Positions 31,190-39,473 of a stretch of 64,000 nt of DNA are shown piece by piece. Positions within the stretch are counted from its first letter, which is position 1. Each line of letters starts with the position of its first letter. A program made the translations under genes and the position numbers. Source of the DNA: Thermoanaerobaculia bacterium. GTDB lineage: Bacteria; Acidobacteriota; Thermoanaerobaculia; UBA5066. Location: the NCBI GenBank assembly GCA_038245905.1, contig JBBRRY010000001.1, positions 128,001-192,000 of the forward strand. The letters are read 5' to 3'. The notes beneath the pieces were generated by a model, which was not told the origin of the DNA, made no database searches, and saw only the letters and a program-made list of their open reading frames with translations.

Positions 31190-32061
31190 CCGGGGCCCCG
31201 AGCGCTCTCCGCCGCGCCGGCATCGCCTTCGCGTTGTTTCCATTGCTCGCGCTCCTTGCTCCGCTCATCGCGCGCGAGAAGCCGTGGGTCTCCGGCCGCA
31301 CGGGAGAGACGATTCTCAGCGCTCCGGTGCCCTTCGATCCGGACGGCGTGGATCTGGACCGGCGCCTCTCTCCTCCCGGCAGGCGGCATCTCCTCGGCAC
31401 GGACGAGCTTGGCCGCGACGTCCTCGCGCGCGTTCTCCACGGGGCACGGCTCTCCGTCGCGGCCGGCCTCCTGGCGTCCGCGCTCGCGCTCGGATTCGGA
31501 GCGGCGCTCGGGACGCTGGCGGGCTGGGCGGGTGGCCGCGTCGATCGAGCGATCCTGCTCGTTCTGCAAATCGTCCAGGCGCTTCCGGCCCTCGTCCTCG
31601 TCATCGCGGGCGCGGCGTTCCTACGGCCTTCGTTCCTGATCGCGGCGCTCCTCATCGCCCTGACCGGCTGGACGGACGCCGCCCGCCTCGTGCGTGCCGG
31701 CACGCAGCGCCTTCGAAGTGAAGCCTTCGTGGACGCGGCCCGTGCCTCGGGCGCTTCGGACGCGAGGCTCCTGTTCGTGCACGTGCTTCCGCACGCGCTT
31801 CCGCCTGCGATCGCGACGCTGCCGTACGTCCTCGGGTCGGCGGTGCTGACCGAGGCGGGGTTGTCGTTTCTCGGGCTGGGGGCGCCTCCGCCCGCCGCCT
31901 CCTGGGGGCGCGCGCTTGCAGAGGCGCGCAACCTCCTGCCGGGAGCCTGGTGGTGCGTCCTTCCTCCAGGCATCGCGCTTTTCCTCCTCGTCTTTTCGGC
32001 GCGCCGGCTTGGCGATGCGTTCCTCGGAAGGCGCGGGGACGTACAATCCCGTCTCGCGTGA
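31186..32061 (+). CDS. Peptide ABC transporter permease (OppC/DppC type)
   Basis: HLLGTDELGRDVLARVLHGARLS, FVDAARASGAS, EAGLSFLGLG, SWG. Confidence 0.9.
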   Translation: MTGAPSALRRAGIAFALFPLLALLAPLIAREKPWVSGRTGETILSAPVPFDPDGVDLDRRLSPPGRRHLLGTDELGRDVLARVLHGARLSVAAGLLASALALGFGAALGTLAGWAGGRVDRAILLVLQIVQALPALVLVIAGAAFLRPSFLIAALLIALTGWTDAARLVRAGTQRLRSEAFVDAARASGASDARLLFVHVLPHALPPAIATLPYVLGSAVLTEAGLSFLGLGAPPPAASWGRALAEARNLLPGAWWCVLPPGIALFLLVFSARRLGDAFLGRRGDVQSRLA

Positions 32062-32546
32062 AGCGCACCGCCGTCTATCCGGGCACGTTCGATCCCATGA
32101 CGAACGGCCATGTCGACCTGATCCGGAGAGGTTGCCACCTCTTCGACCGGGTTCTGATCGCGGTCCTCATCAACACGGACAAATCCCCGCTCTTCACCGT
32201 CGAGGAGCGGCTCCGCATGATTCGCGCGATCTTCCGGCGCGAGCCGAAGATTGAGGTGAAGTCCTTCAAGGGCCTCCTCGTGAAGTTCATGCGAAAGGAA
32301 AAGGCCCGCATCGTCGTGCGCGGACTGCGCGTCGTTTCGGACTTCGAGCATGAGTTCCAGATGGCCCTCATGAACCGCCGGCTCGGCCCGGAGATCGAAA
32401 CGCTGTTCCTCACGCCCAAGGAGGAGCTCTCCTACACCTCGAGCCGCCTCGTCAAGCAGGTGCACCAGCTCGGGGGAGACGTGACGGGCCTCGTTCCGGC
32501 CCTCGTCCAGCGCGCGCTCGCGAGAAAAGTCCCGAACGGCGGCTAG
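32058..32546 (+). CDS. coaD: Pantetheine-phosphate adenylyltransferase
   Basis: YPGTFDPMTNGH, RGLRVVSDFEHE, SSRLVK. Confidence 0.96.
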   Translation: MKRTAVYPGTFDPMTNGHVDLIRRGCHLFDRVLIAVLINTDKSPLFTVEERLRMIRAIFRREPKIEVKSFKGLLVKFMRKEKARIVVRGLRVVSDFEHEFQMALMNRRLGPEIETLFLTPKEELSYTSSRLVKQVHQLGGDVTGLVPALVQRALARKVPNGG

Positions 32547-32558
32547 AGTTACCCCGCG

Positions 32559-32765
32559 CTACGGGACGACCTGGGTCATCAGGTTGAACTGCTGGAAGCG
32601 AGATCGGGGCTCCTTGACTGCGTTCTGCAGGTCGGCTTCGACAAACAGCGGAACATAGCTAATGCGGGCACAAGCGGCCCGCCGCCGAGCCGCCCAGCGC
32701 CACTATTCACAGGACCTCCGCCGCTACTCGGGAACTCATGCTGTTGACTTCCCTCAGGGTTCGGC
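32559..32765 (-). pseudogene. Collapsed remnant of a second protease-lipoprotein module
   Basis: 32559-32660 encodes SYVPLFVEADLQNAVKEPRSRFQQFNLMTQVVP*, aligning with the lipoprotein C-terminus GYTQFQASGSVQNDVKDHRYRYQDFNFLTQIVP*. 32661-32765 is a diverged copy of about 33329-33432 (protease end plus lipoprotein start). Confidence 0.8.
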
Positions 32766-32769
32766 CGCG

Positions 32770-33405
32770 CTACGGGACGATCTGGGTCAAGAAGTTGAAA
32801 TCTTGGTATCGATAGCGGTGGTCCTTCACATCGTTCTGGACGGACCCACTCGCCTGGAATTGGGTGTATCCCAGCCTGGCGCTTGGATCGACGACGATCT
32901 CGGCCGTGAAAGAGAGCCGGCTGCCGGTCGTGAAGGTACCGCCCCACAAGACGATGTCCCACCCTCCACCCTCGGCACCCGGTGGTGTCGTGCCGATCCG
33001 CACACCTTGAAAAGACAGAAATCGTACGCTTGTGACGAAGCCGTAGACGAAGCTCCAGGTGAGAGTGCTTTTCTCCCACTCTCCGACGCCAGGTTTGCCG
33101 ACGATCGTAGCCGTGAACGTGACTTCCTGGCCGCGATGAATCACGGGCGGAAAGTCGTGTGTGAGGACGACGATGTCGGAACCGCCTGGGAAGGGAGTTG
33201 GAATGGGCGGGGGCGCTGGTGTGGGCGTGCTGGTGGGCGTCGGCGTCGCCAGCTTAACTTCAGTCGGAGTCTCCTTGCCGCACGAGACGGTGCCGCCGAG
33301 CGACGCCGCGACTAGAAGAAGGACCATGAACGCTGGCACGGGCGGCCCGCCGCCGAGCCGCCCAGCGCCACACTTCACAGGACCTTCGCCGCTACTCGGG
33401 AACAT
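32770..33405 (-). CDS. Hypothetical lipoprotein with Pro/Thr linker and beta-rich domain
   Basis: Hydrophobic stretch ending in TVSC, then TPTPTSTPTP. Start uncertain (33405, 33378 or 33327). Confidence 0.7.
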   Translation of the reverse strand: MFPSSGEGPVKCGAGRLGGGPPVPAFMVLLLVAASLGGTVSCGKETPTEVKLATPTPTSTPTPAPPPIPTPFPGGSDIVVLTHDFPPVIHRGQEVTFTATIVGKPGVGEWEKSTLTWSFVYGFVTSVRFLSFQGVRIGTTPPGAEGGGWDIVLWGGTFTTGSRLSFTAEIVVDPSARLGYTQFQASGSVQNDVKDHRYRYQDFNFLTQIVP

Positions 33406-35172
33406 TCACGTTGTTGACTTCCTTCAAGGCAGGCGTAGCTGGGTTTGTCCAGAGCCCCCTCGAGTTGAAGTCGTCATAAAAGGCGTTGAAAGTGAAGTAG
33501 TTCGTCCAGTTATGCAGGAGGCCGAGCGAGTATGTGACGGTGTCGCGACCGGCATCCCGGCCCGAGCCTGCCGTTGGATCGTTCTCTGTGTCGAAGAGAT
33601 CCCAGAAAAAAGCCTGCACGTTTCCTTCTAAACGATAGCCTGGCGCGCAGGTGGTGTAGCACTCAACGTCAGGAAACGACAGGCAAGGGACCAAGTAGTC
33701 ACGGCCATCTGGCTCCCACCATGAGGCGTGCCAGTCGGCGAAGCCCTCGCTGAAGGAGGTCACGTCGCCGGAGCTTATGCAGTACGAGTGAGTGCCACCG
33801 CCAGCGAGCGATCCTCCCTGAAGTTCGTATTGAAAGAAGTGCCCGAATTCGTGGGCCATGAGCCACTTGAACACCCAGCGCCCCGAATCGTTGAATTCGA
33901 CGAGCCCTGGGCTCGTGGGAATGAACGCCGCGTTTGCGTCCTGGAACGTGGGGTCGTATCCAGCCTTGAAAGGCGTGAACGAGGCACCGAAGCCGCTGTC
34001 TGACCACCTTTTCTGGAGGGACTTGATCTCCTCGTTCCAATTGAAGAGGAAGGCGTTCGCGGTGCTGTTCGTATCGAACAGGGGGTACATCATGTATGTC
34101 CCGCCATTCCAGCCACCGAAATAATAGGCGGGCCCGACCTCCTGGGTCACGAGCGTGATTGAGGCGGTACCAGCAGCGCGGCTGCCGGCGTCCGGGGCCG
34201 TTGTCACGAAGGTCACGGCGGGGTTGGGGCCGCCGGGGCCTGTATAGCTGGTCACGTTGATCGTGAAGGTGGCGTTCGGATCTCCCGTCGTCGTCCCGGT
34301 GAAACGCGTAGTCCGGTACTGGTAATAGTCGCAGTAGTTCTCCCAGAGAACCTGGGTGTCCACGCCGACGGCGTACCCCTCCCCAATGCGCTCGATCCCC
34401 TGCTGATAAAGGTTGTAGTAGCTCACAAAGCCCGACACCGGGAAGCTGTAGTTCAGATCGGAAATGTGAAACTTGCCGCAAGGTTCGGGCGGGCTCAGCG
34501 GGCCCACGGATTCCATGCTGGCGAGCCGATCCCACGCCAACTGCGCGGGGCTGTCCGGGACGAACGTGCCAGCGGACGGCTGTTCAGAAGCTGCGATGTC
34601 GCCAGCTGAGGTGGGTACGGGCCTCTTCTTGGCCGCGAGCGTTGCATCCAGCGCTCGCCGCGCGGCCTTCTCTGCTGCGTCAGCGGCGGACCGGCCGGCA
34701 CGGCCTTCGACGATGCCTCGAACTCTTTCGCGGTGACCTGCTTCAACACATTTCCTGGTGTTCGACCGAATTCGAAGACCTCCGCACCAAGCTCCTTTCC
34801 GGCCGGGGAGACCACCTTTACGATAAGCGTCCCAGCCTCGCGGCCACCAACCATCTTCAACGAAATGGGCATGCGAACCACTTGTTCGACGGGAAGGGTA
34901 ACGGACGCCTCCACGGGCAATACCTCGATGTCCCCCAAGGCGTGCGGTACGACACGGGCGGTGGGAATCGCGAAGTGCCGTGCCTCGATCGTCAGAATGA
35001 AGATGCCGTCCGGTCCAGCGGGCGCCGTTTCGAACGAGCCACCGATCGAGATATTCGGCGATACGGTTGCCGACGTGGGCTGACTCCAGGCGATTGCCGT
35101 GGCTGTCGCCAGCAGCGCCAGCCATGAGAAGGACCGCTTTGCACCAAGACGTTTCTTTGCGCTTCTGTCCAT
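33392..35172 (-). pseudogene. Secreted zinc metalloprotease (HEXXH...E), split by one frameshift near 34700-34720
   Basis: N-part (ORF 34495-35172) has a signal peptide and AAGGAG RBS. C-part (frame of ORF 33392-35125) has HEFGH and SEGFADW. The break may be a sequencing error. Confidence 0.7.
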
Positions 35173-35180
35173 CTAAGAAC

Positions 35181-35217
35181 TCCTTGGGGGCTCAGAAGGG
35201 TTCCGCTCCCCCAAGGA
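35181..35217 (-). promoter_or_regulatory. 10-bp inverted repeat overlapping the protease RBS
   Basis: TCCTTGGGGG (35181-35190) and CCCCCAAGGA (35208-35217). On the minus-strand mRNA the 3' arm contains the SD. Confidence 0.45.
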
Positions 35218-35319
35218 ACAGGTATCCGCGACGGACACGGAAAGATGCGGGCGCTTCAACTCTCTCGGCATGCAGGTGCATCGTTGTTCGGCTGTGCCTT
35301 CGGTGTTGGGGTTGAGGCC

Positions 35320-36051
35320 GTGGAAGACGCCGCTCCAGCTGGCCTGACCGAAGACACCGGCGCGTTCTTGCTGAATGAGCTTCGGCGATACTCCCGGATG
35401 GCGCGCGTTCCACGGGAGTCGGAAGACGACGTCGTTGGGGCAGCCACACTGTGGATCGTGAGTCATCGTCAGGCCGGGCGAGCAGTCTCCAAGGGCTGGA
35501 TTCGCGTGGTCCTGTCAAAGTTTCTGGACGCACAAAGGAAATCGGCAGCGCGCGACGCCGTTCGTTTCATACGCATGCCCACGTTCGAGTCAGGGCGGTG
35601 CCGGCCGAGCAGAGCATCTTCTTCCCTGACCTACGACGAAATGACCCGAGCCCTCAGTACGGCGGATAAGGGGGGCGTTGAATCGCTTCTCGCTGGTCAC
35701 ACGTGGAGGGAGACCTTGAACTCGATGGGCGCGACCGCAGGCACCCACACACGATGCAGGGAGCGCCTGCGGCGCCGAATGGCAGAAGCATTGTCAGTGC
35801 TCGGCATCCGAAATGCCCTGGCTCTCGAAGGCGCTGAAACGGGCTATGTGGACAGCCGTCCGAAAGATCGAAACGCGTCCGCGATCGCCTCGGGAACGGT
35901 GCGTGGCTTGCCGGAGCCGTCGAGGAACAGGTGCTGCGTTTCGCCCTCGGCCGCCAGATGGCCGTCCGGCAGGACGACCTCGTATGCGAAAGAGCAGCCG
36001 CGGCTCTTCAGCGAGGTCATCCACGCCCGCACGACGACCGTGTCGCCGTAG
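35320..36051 (+). CDS. Divergent ECF sigma-factor-like protein (possibly degenerate)
   Basis: Region-2-like SEDDVVGAATLW...KGWIRVVLSKFLDAQRK and region-4-like ALSTADK...GHTWRE...MGATAGTHTRCRERLRRRM. The tail runs antisense into the thioesterase gene. Confidence 0.5.
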   Translation: MEDAAPAGLTEDTGAFLLNELRRYSRMARVPRESEDDVVGAATLWIVSHRQAGRAVSKGWIRVVLSKFLDAQRKSAARDAVRFIRMPTFESGRCRPSRASSSLTYDEMTRALSTADKGGVESLLAGHTWRETLNSMGATAGTHTRCRERLRRRMAEALSVLGIRNALALEGAETGYVDSRPKDRNASAIASGTVRGLPEPSRNRCCVSPSAARWPSGRTTSYAKEQPRLFSEVIHARTTTVSP

Positions 36052-36269
36052 CGCACCGAGCGGCGGTACCGGACGCGCACCTCGGTGACGGTAATCAAGG
36101 AGCCTTCGGCCTCCATCTTTGGGTAGGGGTACCCCGCACGTTCGCAGTACGCCGTCCGAGCGACTTCGAACCAGATGACGTAGTTGCCGTGGTAGACGAC
36201 GCGCTGGGCATCGGTCTCGGCGTAGCGCACCTGAATGGACGTCTCGACGGCGGGAGGTGGCGTGCTCAC
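35844..36269 (-). CDS. Acyl-CoA thioesterase (YbgC/4HBT family)
   Basis: VRYAETDAQRVVYHGNYVIWFEVART hotdog-fold motif. Confidence 0.9.
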   Translation of the reverse strand: MSTPPPAVETSIQVRYAETDAQRVVYHGNYVIWFEVARTAYCERAGYPYPKMEAEGSLITVTEVRVRYRRSVRYGDTVVVRAWMTSLKSRGCSFAYEVVLPDGHLAAEGETQHLFLDGSGKPRTVPEAIADAFRSFGRLST

Positions 36270-36288
36270 GATCCCCATAGACTAGACG

Positions 36289-37515
36289 ATGCCAATGAAC
36301 GCGCTCTTCCGGGGGGATGGCTGGGGATTGCAGGACGGGGGAGGACCGGGGAGAGAACCGCGGAGAGAACCGGGGATTTTCTTTGAGGGTGAAGAGGAGA
36401 ATTTCCGGGCGGAGAGGCCGGAGCAGGTGCCCAGCGTCCTCTCTGCGCTCGACGAGATCGCCGCAAGCGGGGATCCAGGCCTTCTCGCCGCTGGATTCAT
36501 CTCGTACGAAGCGGGAGTCTGGCTCGAAGGCTCGACCGCGCTCGTCAGAGAACATGCATTTCTTCCTTTCGCAGAATTCTCCATCTTCAAATCCCACCAT
36601 TCCACCGTCCGTCGCCCCGCACCGCCGCCCCATGCCGGTTTCCCGCTCTTCACAATCAGAGAATCCGCGAGCGCGGAGCGCTCGCTCTCTCCGGACAATT
36701 GGACCCGCGGCGTCGCCGCGATTCGCGACGGGATCGCCCGGGGCGACGTCTATCAAGTGAACCTCTCGAGCCGCTCCCGCTTTCCGGGAGGTGTAGATCC
36801 CTCCTCCCTCGCGCGTGCTCTCTATGACGACAACCCCGTGCCGTTCGCCGTGACGCTCGCGGGCGACGACTGGTCCGTGGTGTCGAACTCGCCGGAGCTC
36901 TTTCTCGACGTCGACCTCGCGGCGCGACGCGTCGTCACGAAGCCGATCAAGGGCACGATCGCGCGCGCACCGGACGAAGAAGGGGACGCACGGCGCCGCG
37001 CGGCGCTCCTCGCCTCGGCGAAGGACGCCGCGGAGAACGTGATGATCGTGGACCTCCTGAGGAATGACCTGGGGAAGGTCGCGGAACCGGGACGCGTCGA
37101 AACGACAGCGCTCCGGGTGCTCCGATCGTTCCGCCATCTGCACCATCTGGAGTCCGCCGTGCAAGCCCGACTCCGCCCCGGCACGGGGCTCGCCGACGTC
37201 CTCCGCGCGACGCTGCCCGGCGGCTCGATCACGGGCGCGCCGAAGCGCGCGGCTCTCCGCTTCATCCATGACCTCGAGCCCGTCGCGCGCGGCGCCTATT
37301 GCGGCGCGGCAGGGTTCGTGCGCGGCGACGGCCGGGCCGTCTTCAACGTGGCGATCCGCACGGCGCTCGTCGGGCGGGATACAGTCGACTACCACGCCGG
37401 GAGCGGAATCGTGTGGGACTCCCGGCCGGGCGCCGAGTGGCGTGAAATGGAATCGAAGTCGCGGGAATTCGGCGCGGCGATGGTCGCGCTCGTCGCACGG
37501 GCCGGAGGAAGGTGA
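36289..37515 (+). CDS. pabB: Aminodeoxychorismate synthase component I (chorismate-binding family)
   Basis: GDVYQVNL, SNSPELFL, KPIKGT, KDAAENVMIVDLLRNDL, PGGSITGAPK, FNVAIRT. Confidence 0.82.
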   Translation: MPMNALFRGDGWGLQDGGGPGREPRREPGIFFEGEEENFRAERPEQVPSVLSALDEIAASGDPGLLAAGFISYEAGVWLEGSTALVREHAFLPFAEFSIFKSHHSTVRRPAPPPHAGFPLFTIRESASAERSLSPDNWTRGVAAIRDGIARGDVYQVNLSSRSRFPGGVDPSSLARALYDDNPVPFAVTLAGDDWSVVSNSPELFLDVDLAARRVVTKPIKGTIARAPDEEGDARRRAALLASAKDAAENVMIVDLLRNDLGKVAEPGRVETTALRVLRSFRHLHHLESAVQARLRPGTGLADVLRATLPGGSITGAPKRAALRFIHDLEPVARGAYCGAAGFVRGDGRAVFNVAIRTALVGRDTVDYHAGSGIVWDSRPGAEWREMESKSREFGAAMVALVARAGGR

Positions 37516-37518
37516 TTG

Positions 37519-38313
37519 ATGGCCGTTGAATACGCTCCCGTCCCGTTCCTCTCTCCCGCCGTCCAGCGCGGCTTCGGTTTTTTCGAGACGGCGCTCCTCG
37601 TGGGCCGGCGGGCGGTCCTTTGGGAACCGCACCTCGACCGGATGGAGCGGATCCTGACGAGACTCGACCTGCCTAAGCCTTCTCGAGAGCGCCTGAACGC
37701 CGCCGCGAGGGCGGTCCTCGACGCGTCGCCCGCGGCTGGACCGGAAGAGCAGCGCGCGCTCCGTCTCACCTGGTTCGCCGAGGGGGACGACCTAGACGAC
37801 GAGAATTCCTTCCGGCTCGAAGCGCACCTCCTGCCGATTCCCGAGAGCCGACTCGCGCGGCGGAAGGGATCGCACTCCGTCTCGCTCCCGCTGGACATCC
37901 AGCGGGACACGCCGGGCGTGAAGTCGACGAGCTACTTCGCCGCGATCCAGGGCGGGCGCCTCGCGAAGAAAGCCGGAGGCGACGAGGGTCTCCTACGCTC
38001 TCTGGGCGGGCACTACCTCGAAGGCACGACGACGGGCCTCGCCGCCTGGAACGGGGGAGCGCCCGTCCTCGCGCCGAAAGGCGCGCTCCCGAGCGTGACC
38101 GCAGCGGCCTTCTTCGGTGGGTCGTCCGGCTCCGCGCCCCTCACTGCGGAGAAGCTTCGAGAAGGGGCGCTCCTCCTCGGCTCGCTCACGATGGCGACGC
38201 CCATCCTGACGCTGGACGCCGTGCCCTGTGCCCTCCCACCGGAGATGCTCGCGCGCATCGCCGCGTTCAATCGGCGGCTCCTTCAGGATCCTTCCTTTGG
38301 CGCGGAGCTCTAG
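37519..38313 (+). CDS. Aminotransferase class IV (4-amino-4-deoxychorismate lyase-like)
   Basis: GFGFFET, HLDR, KSTSY, EG...EGTTT; follows pabB. Confidence 0.78.
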   Translation: MAVEYAPVPFLSPAVQRGFGFFETALLVGRRAVLWEPHLDRMERILTRLDLPKPSRERLNAAARAVLDASPAAGPEEQRALRLTWFAEGDDLDDENSFRLEAHLLPIPESRLARRKGSHSVSLPLDIQRDTPGVKSTSYFAAIQGGRLAKKAGGDEGLLRSLGGHYLEGTTTGLAAWNGGAPVLAPKGALPSVTAAAFFGGSSGSAPLTAEKLREGALLLGSLTMATPILTLDAVPCALPPEMLARIAAFNRRLLQDPSFGAEL

Positions 38314-38335
38314 CAGGGACTACACTTTCCCTGTT

Positions 38336-39463
38336 ATGGCCAAAGCTCGCCCCTCCGTCTCTTCCCGCTCCCCCCGCTCGTCCCGCCACGTCCTGTTCAC
38401 GGGGTTTCCCGGCTTCATCGGGGCACGGCTCATCCCCCGGCTCCTGGAGCTCGAGCCCGGCACGACGTTCCATTGCCTCGTGCAGGAGAAGTTTCTCTCC
38501 GCGGCCGACGCTTCGGTCGCGGCTCTCGGGGAAGAGCATCCCGGCACGAAAGGGCGCATCCGTCTCGTCGTCGGCGACATCACGGCGCCCGGTCTCGGGC
38601 TCGCGGCGTCCCAGGCGAAGGCTCTCCTGAAGGGCCTCGCAGGCTGCTACCACCTCGCGGCGGTCTACGACCTCGCCGTCGCAAAGGACGTCGGGATGCG
38701 GATCAACGTCGAGGGCACGAAGAACGTCCTCGAGTTTCTGGCGGGCGCTGAGGCCTTCGAGCGGCTCGACTACGTCTCGACAGCCTACGTGTCCGGCACC
38801 GCTGTCGGGACGTATCGCGAGACCGATCTCGACGTCGGACAGAAGTTCAAGAACTTCTACGAGGAGACGAAGTTCCTGGCCGAAGTCGCCGTGAAGGAGA
38901 GCGGGATTCCCGCCGCGATCTACCGGCCGGGCATCGTGGTCGGAAATTCGAAGACGGGGGAAACGGCGAAGTTCGACGGCCCCTACTACTCCCTGAACGC
39001 GATGGGCGTGCTCCCGTCCCCCGGTGCGTTCATCAAAGTGGGGACGGGCGACGCCGAGGTGAACCTCGTTCCCGTGGACTTCGTGCTCGAGGCGATCGCA
39101 CGCCTCTCGACGTGGCCGGGCGCGATCGGAAAGACCTACCATCTGACGGACCCTGGCCCCGCGACGGCGTTCGAGATCGAGGAGATGTTCGCGAAGGCGC
39201 TCGGCAAGTCCTTCCTCTACGTCCCGGTGCCTCTCCTCGTCGCGAAGCTGCTCTTCACGCCGAAACAGATCCAGAAGGCGTTCGGGATGCCCGTCCAGTC
39301 GCTCGACTACTTCGACCATCCGGTGCACTACGACGCGAAGCAGGCCACGAAGGATCTCGCGCGCTTCGACGTCGCCTGCCCGCCTTTCGCCGACTACGTC
39401 CAGCGGCTGGTGGCGTTCTGGCGCACGAAGAAGGACGCCATCACGCGCGGCGCGATGATCTGA
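38336..39463 (+). CDS. Extended SDR / thioester-reductase-like oxidoreductase
   Basis: TGFPGFIG, GDIT, HLAAVYD, NVEGT, YVSTAYV, YEETK, RPGIVVG. Confidence 0.85.
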   Translation: MAKARPSVSSRSPRSSRHVLFTGFPGFIGARLIPRLLELEPGTTFHCLVQEKFLSAADASVAALGEEHPGTKGRIRLVVGDITAPGLGLAASQAKALLKGLAGCYHLAAVYDLAVAKDVGMRINVEGTKNVLEFLAGAEAFERLDYVSTAYVSGTAVGTYRETDLDVGQKFKNFYEETKFLAEVAVKESGIPAAIYRPGIVVGNSKTGETAKFDGPYYSLNAMGVLPSPGAFIKVGTGDAEVNLVPVDFVLEAIARLSTWPGAIGKTYHLTDPGPATAFEIEEMFAKALGKSFLYVPVPLLVAKLLFTPKQIQKAFGMPVQSLDYFDHPVHYDAKQATKDLARFDVACPPFADYVQRLVAFWRTKKDAITRGAMI

Positions 39464-39473
39464 GGACGAGGCC

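Noticed and set aside
33200-33250. Pro/Thr-coding repeats (also in pal, 21890-21910 and 49850-49866)
   Set aside because: Ordinary flexible linkers in exported proteins.
32547-35843. Island as a prophage or integrative element
   Set aside because: No integrase, tRNA target or flanking direct repeats were found.
36350-36372. GGAGAGAACCG tandem duplication at the start of pabB
   Set aside because: Only two copies, directly upstream of a motif copy; treated as part of that purine tract.
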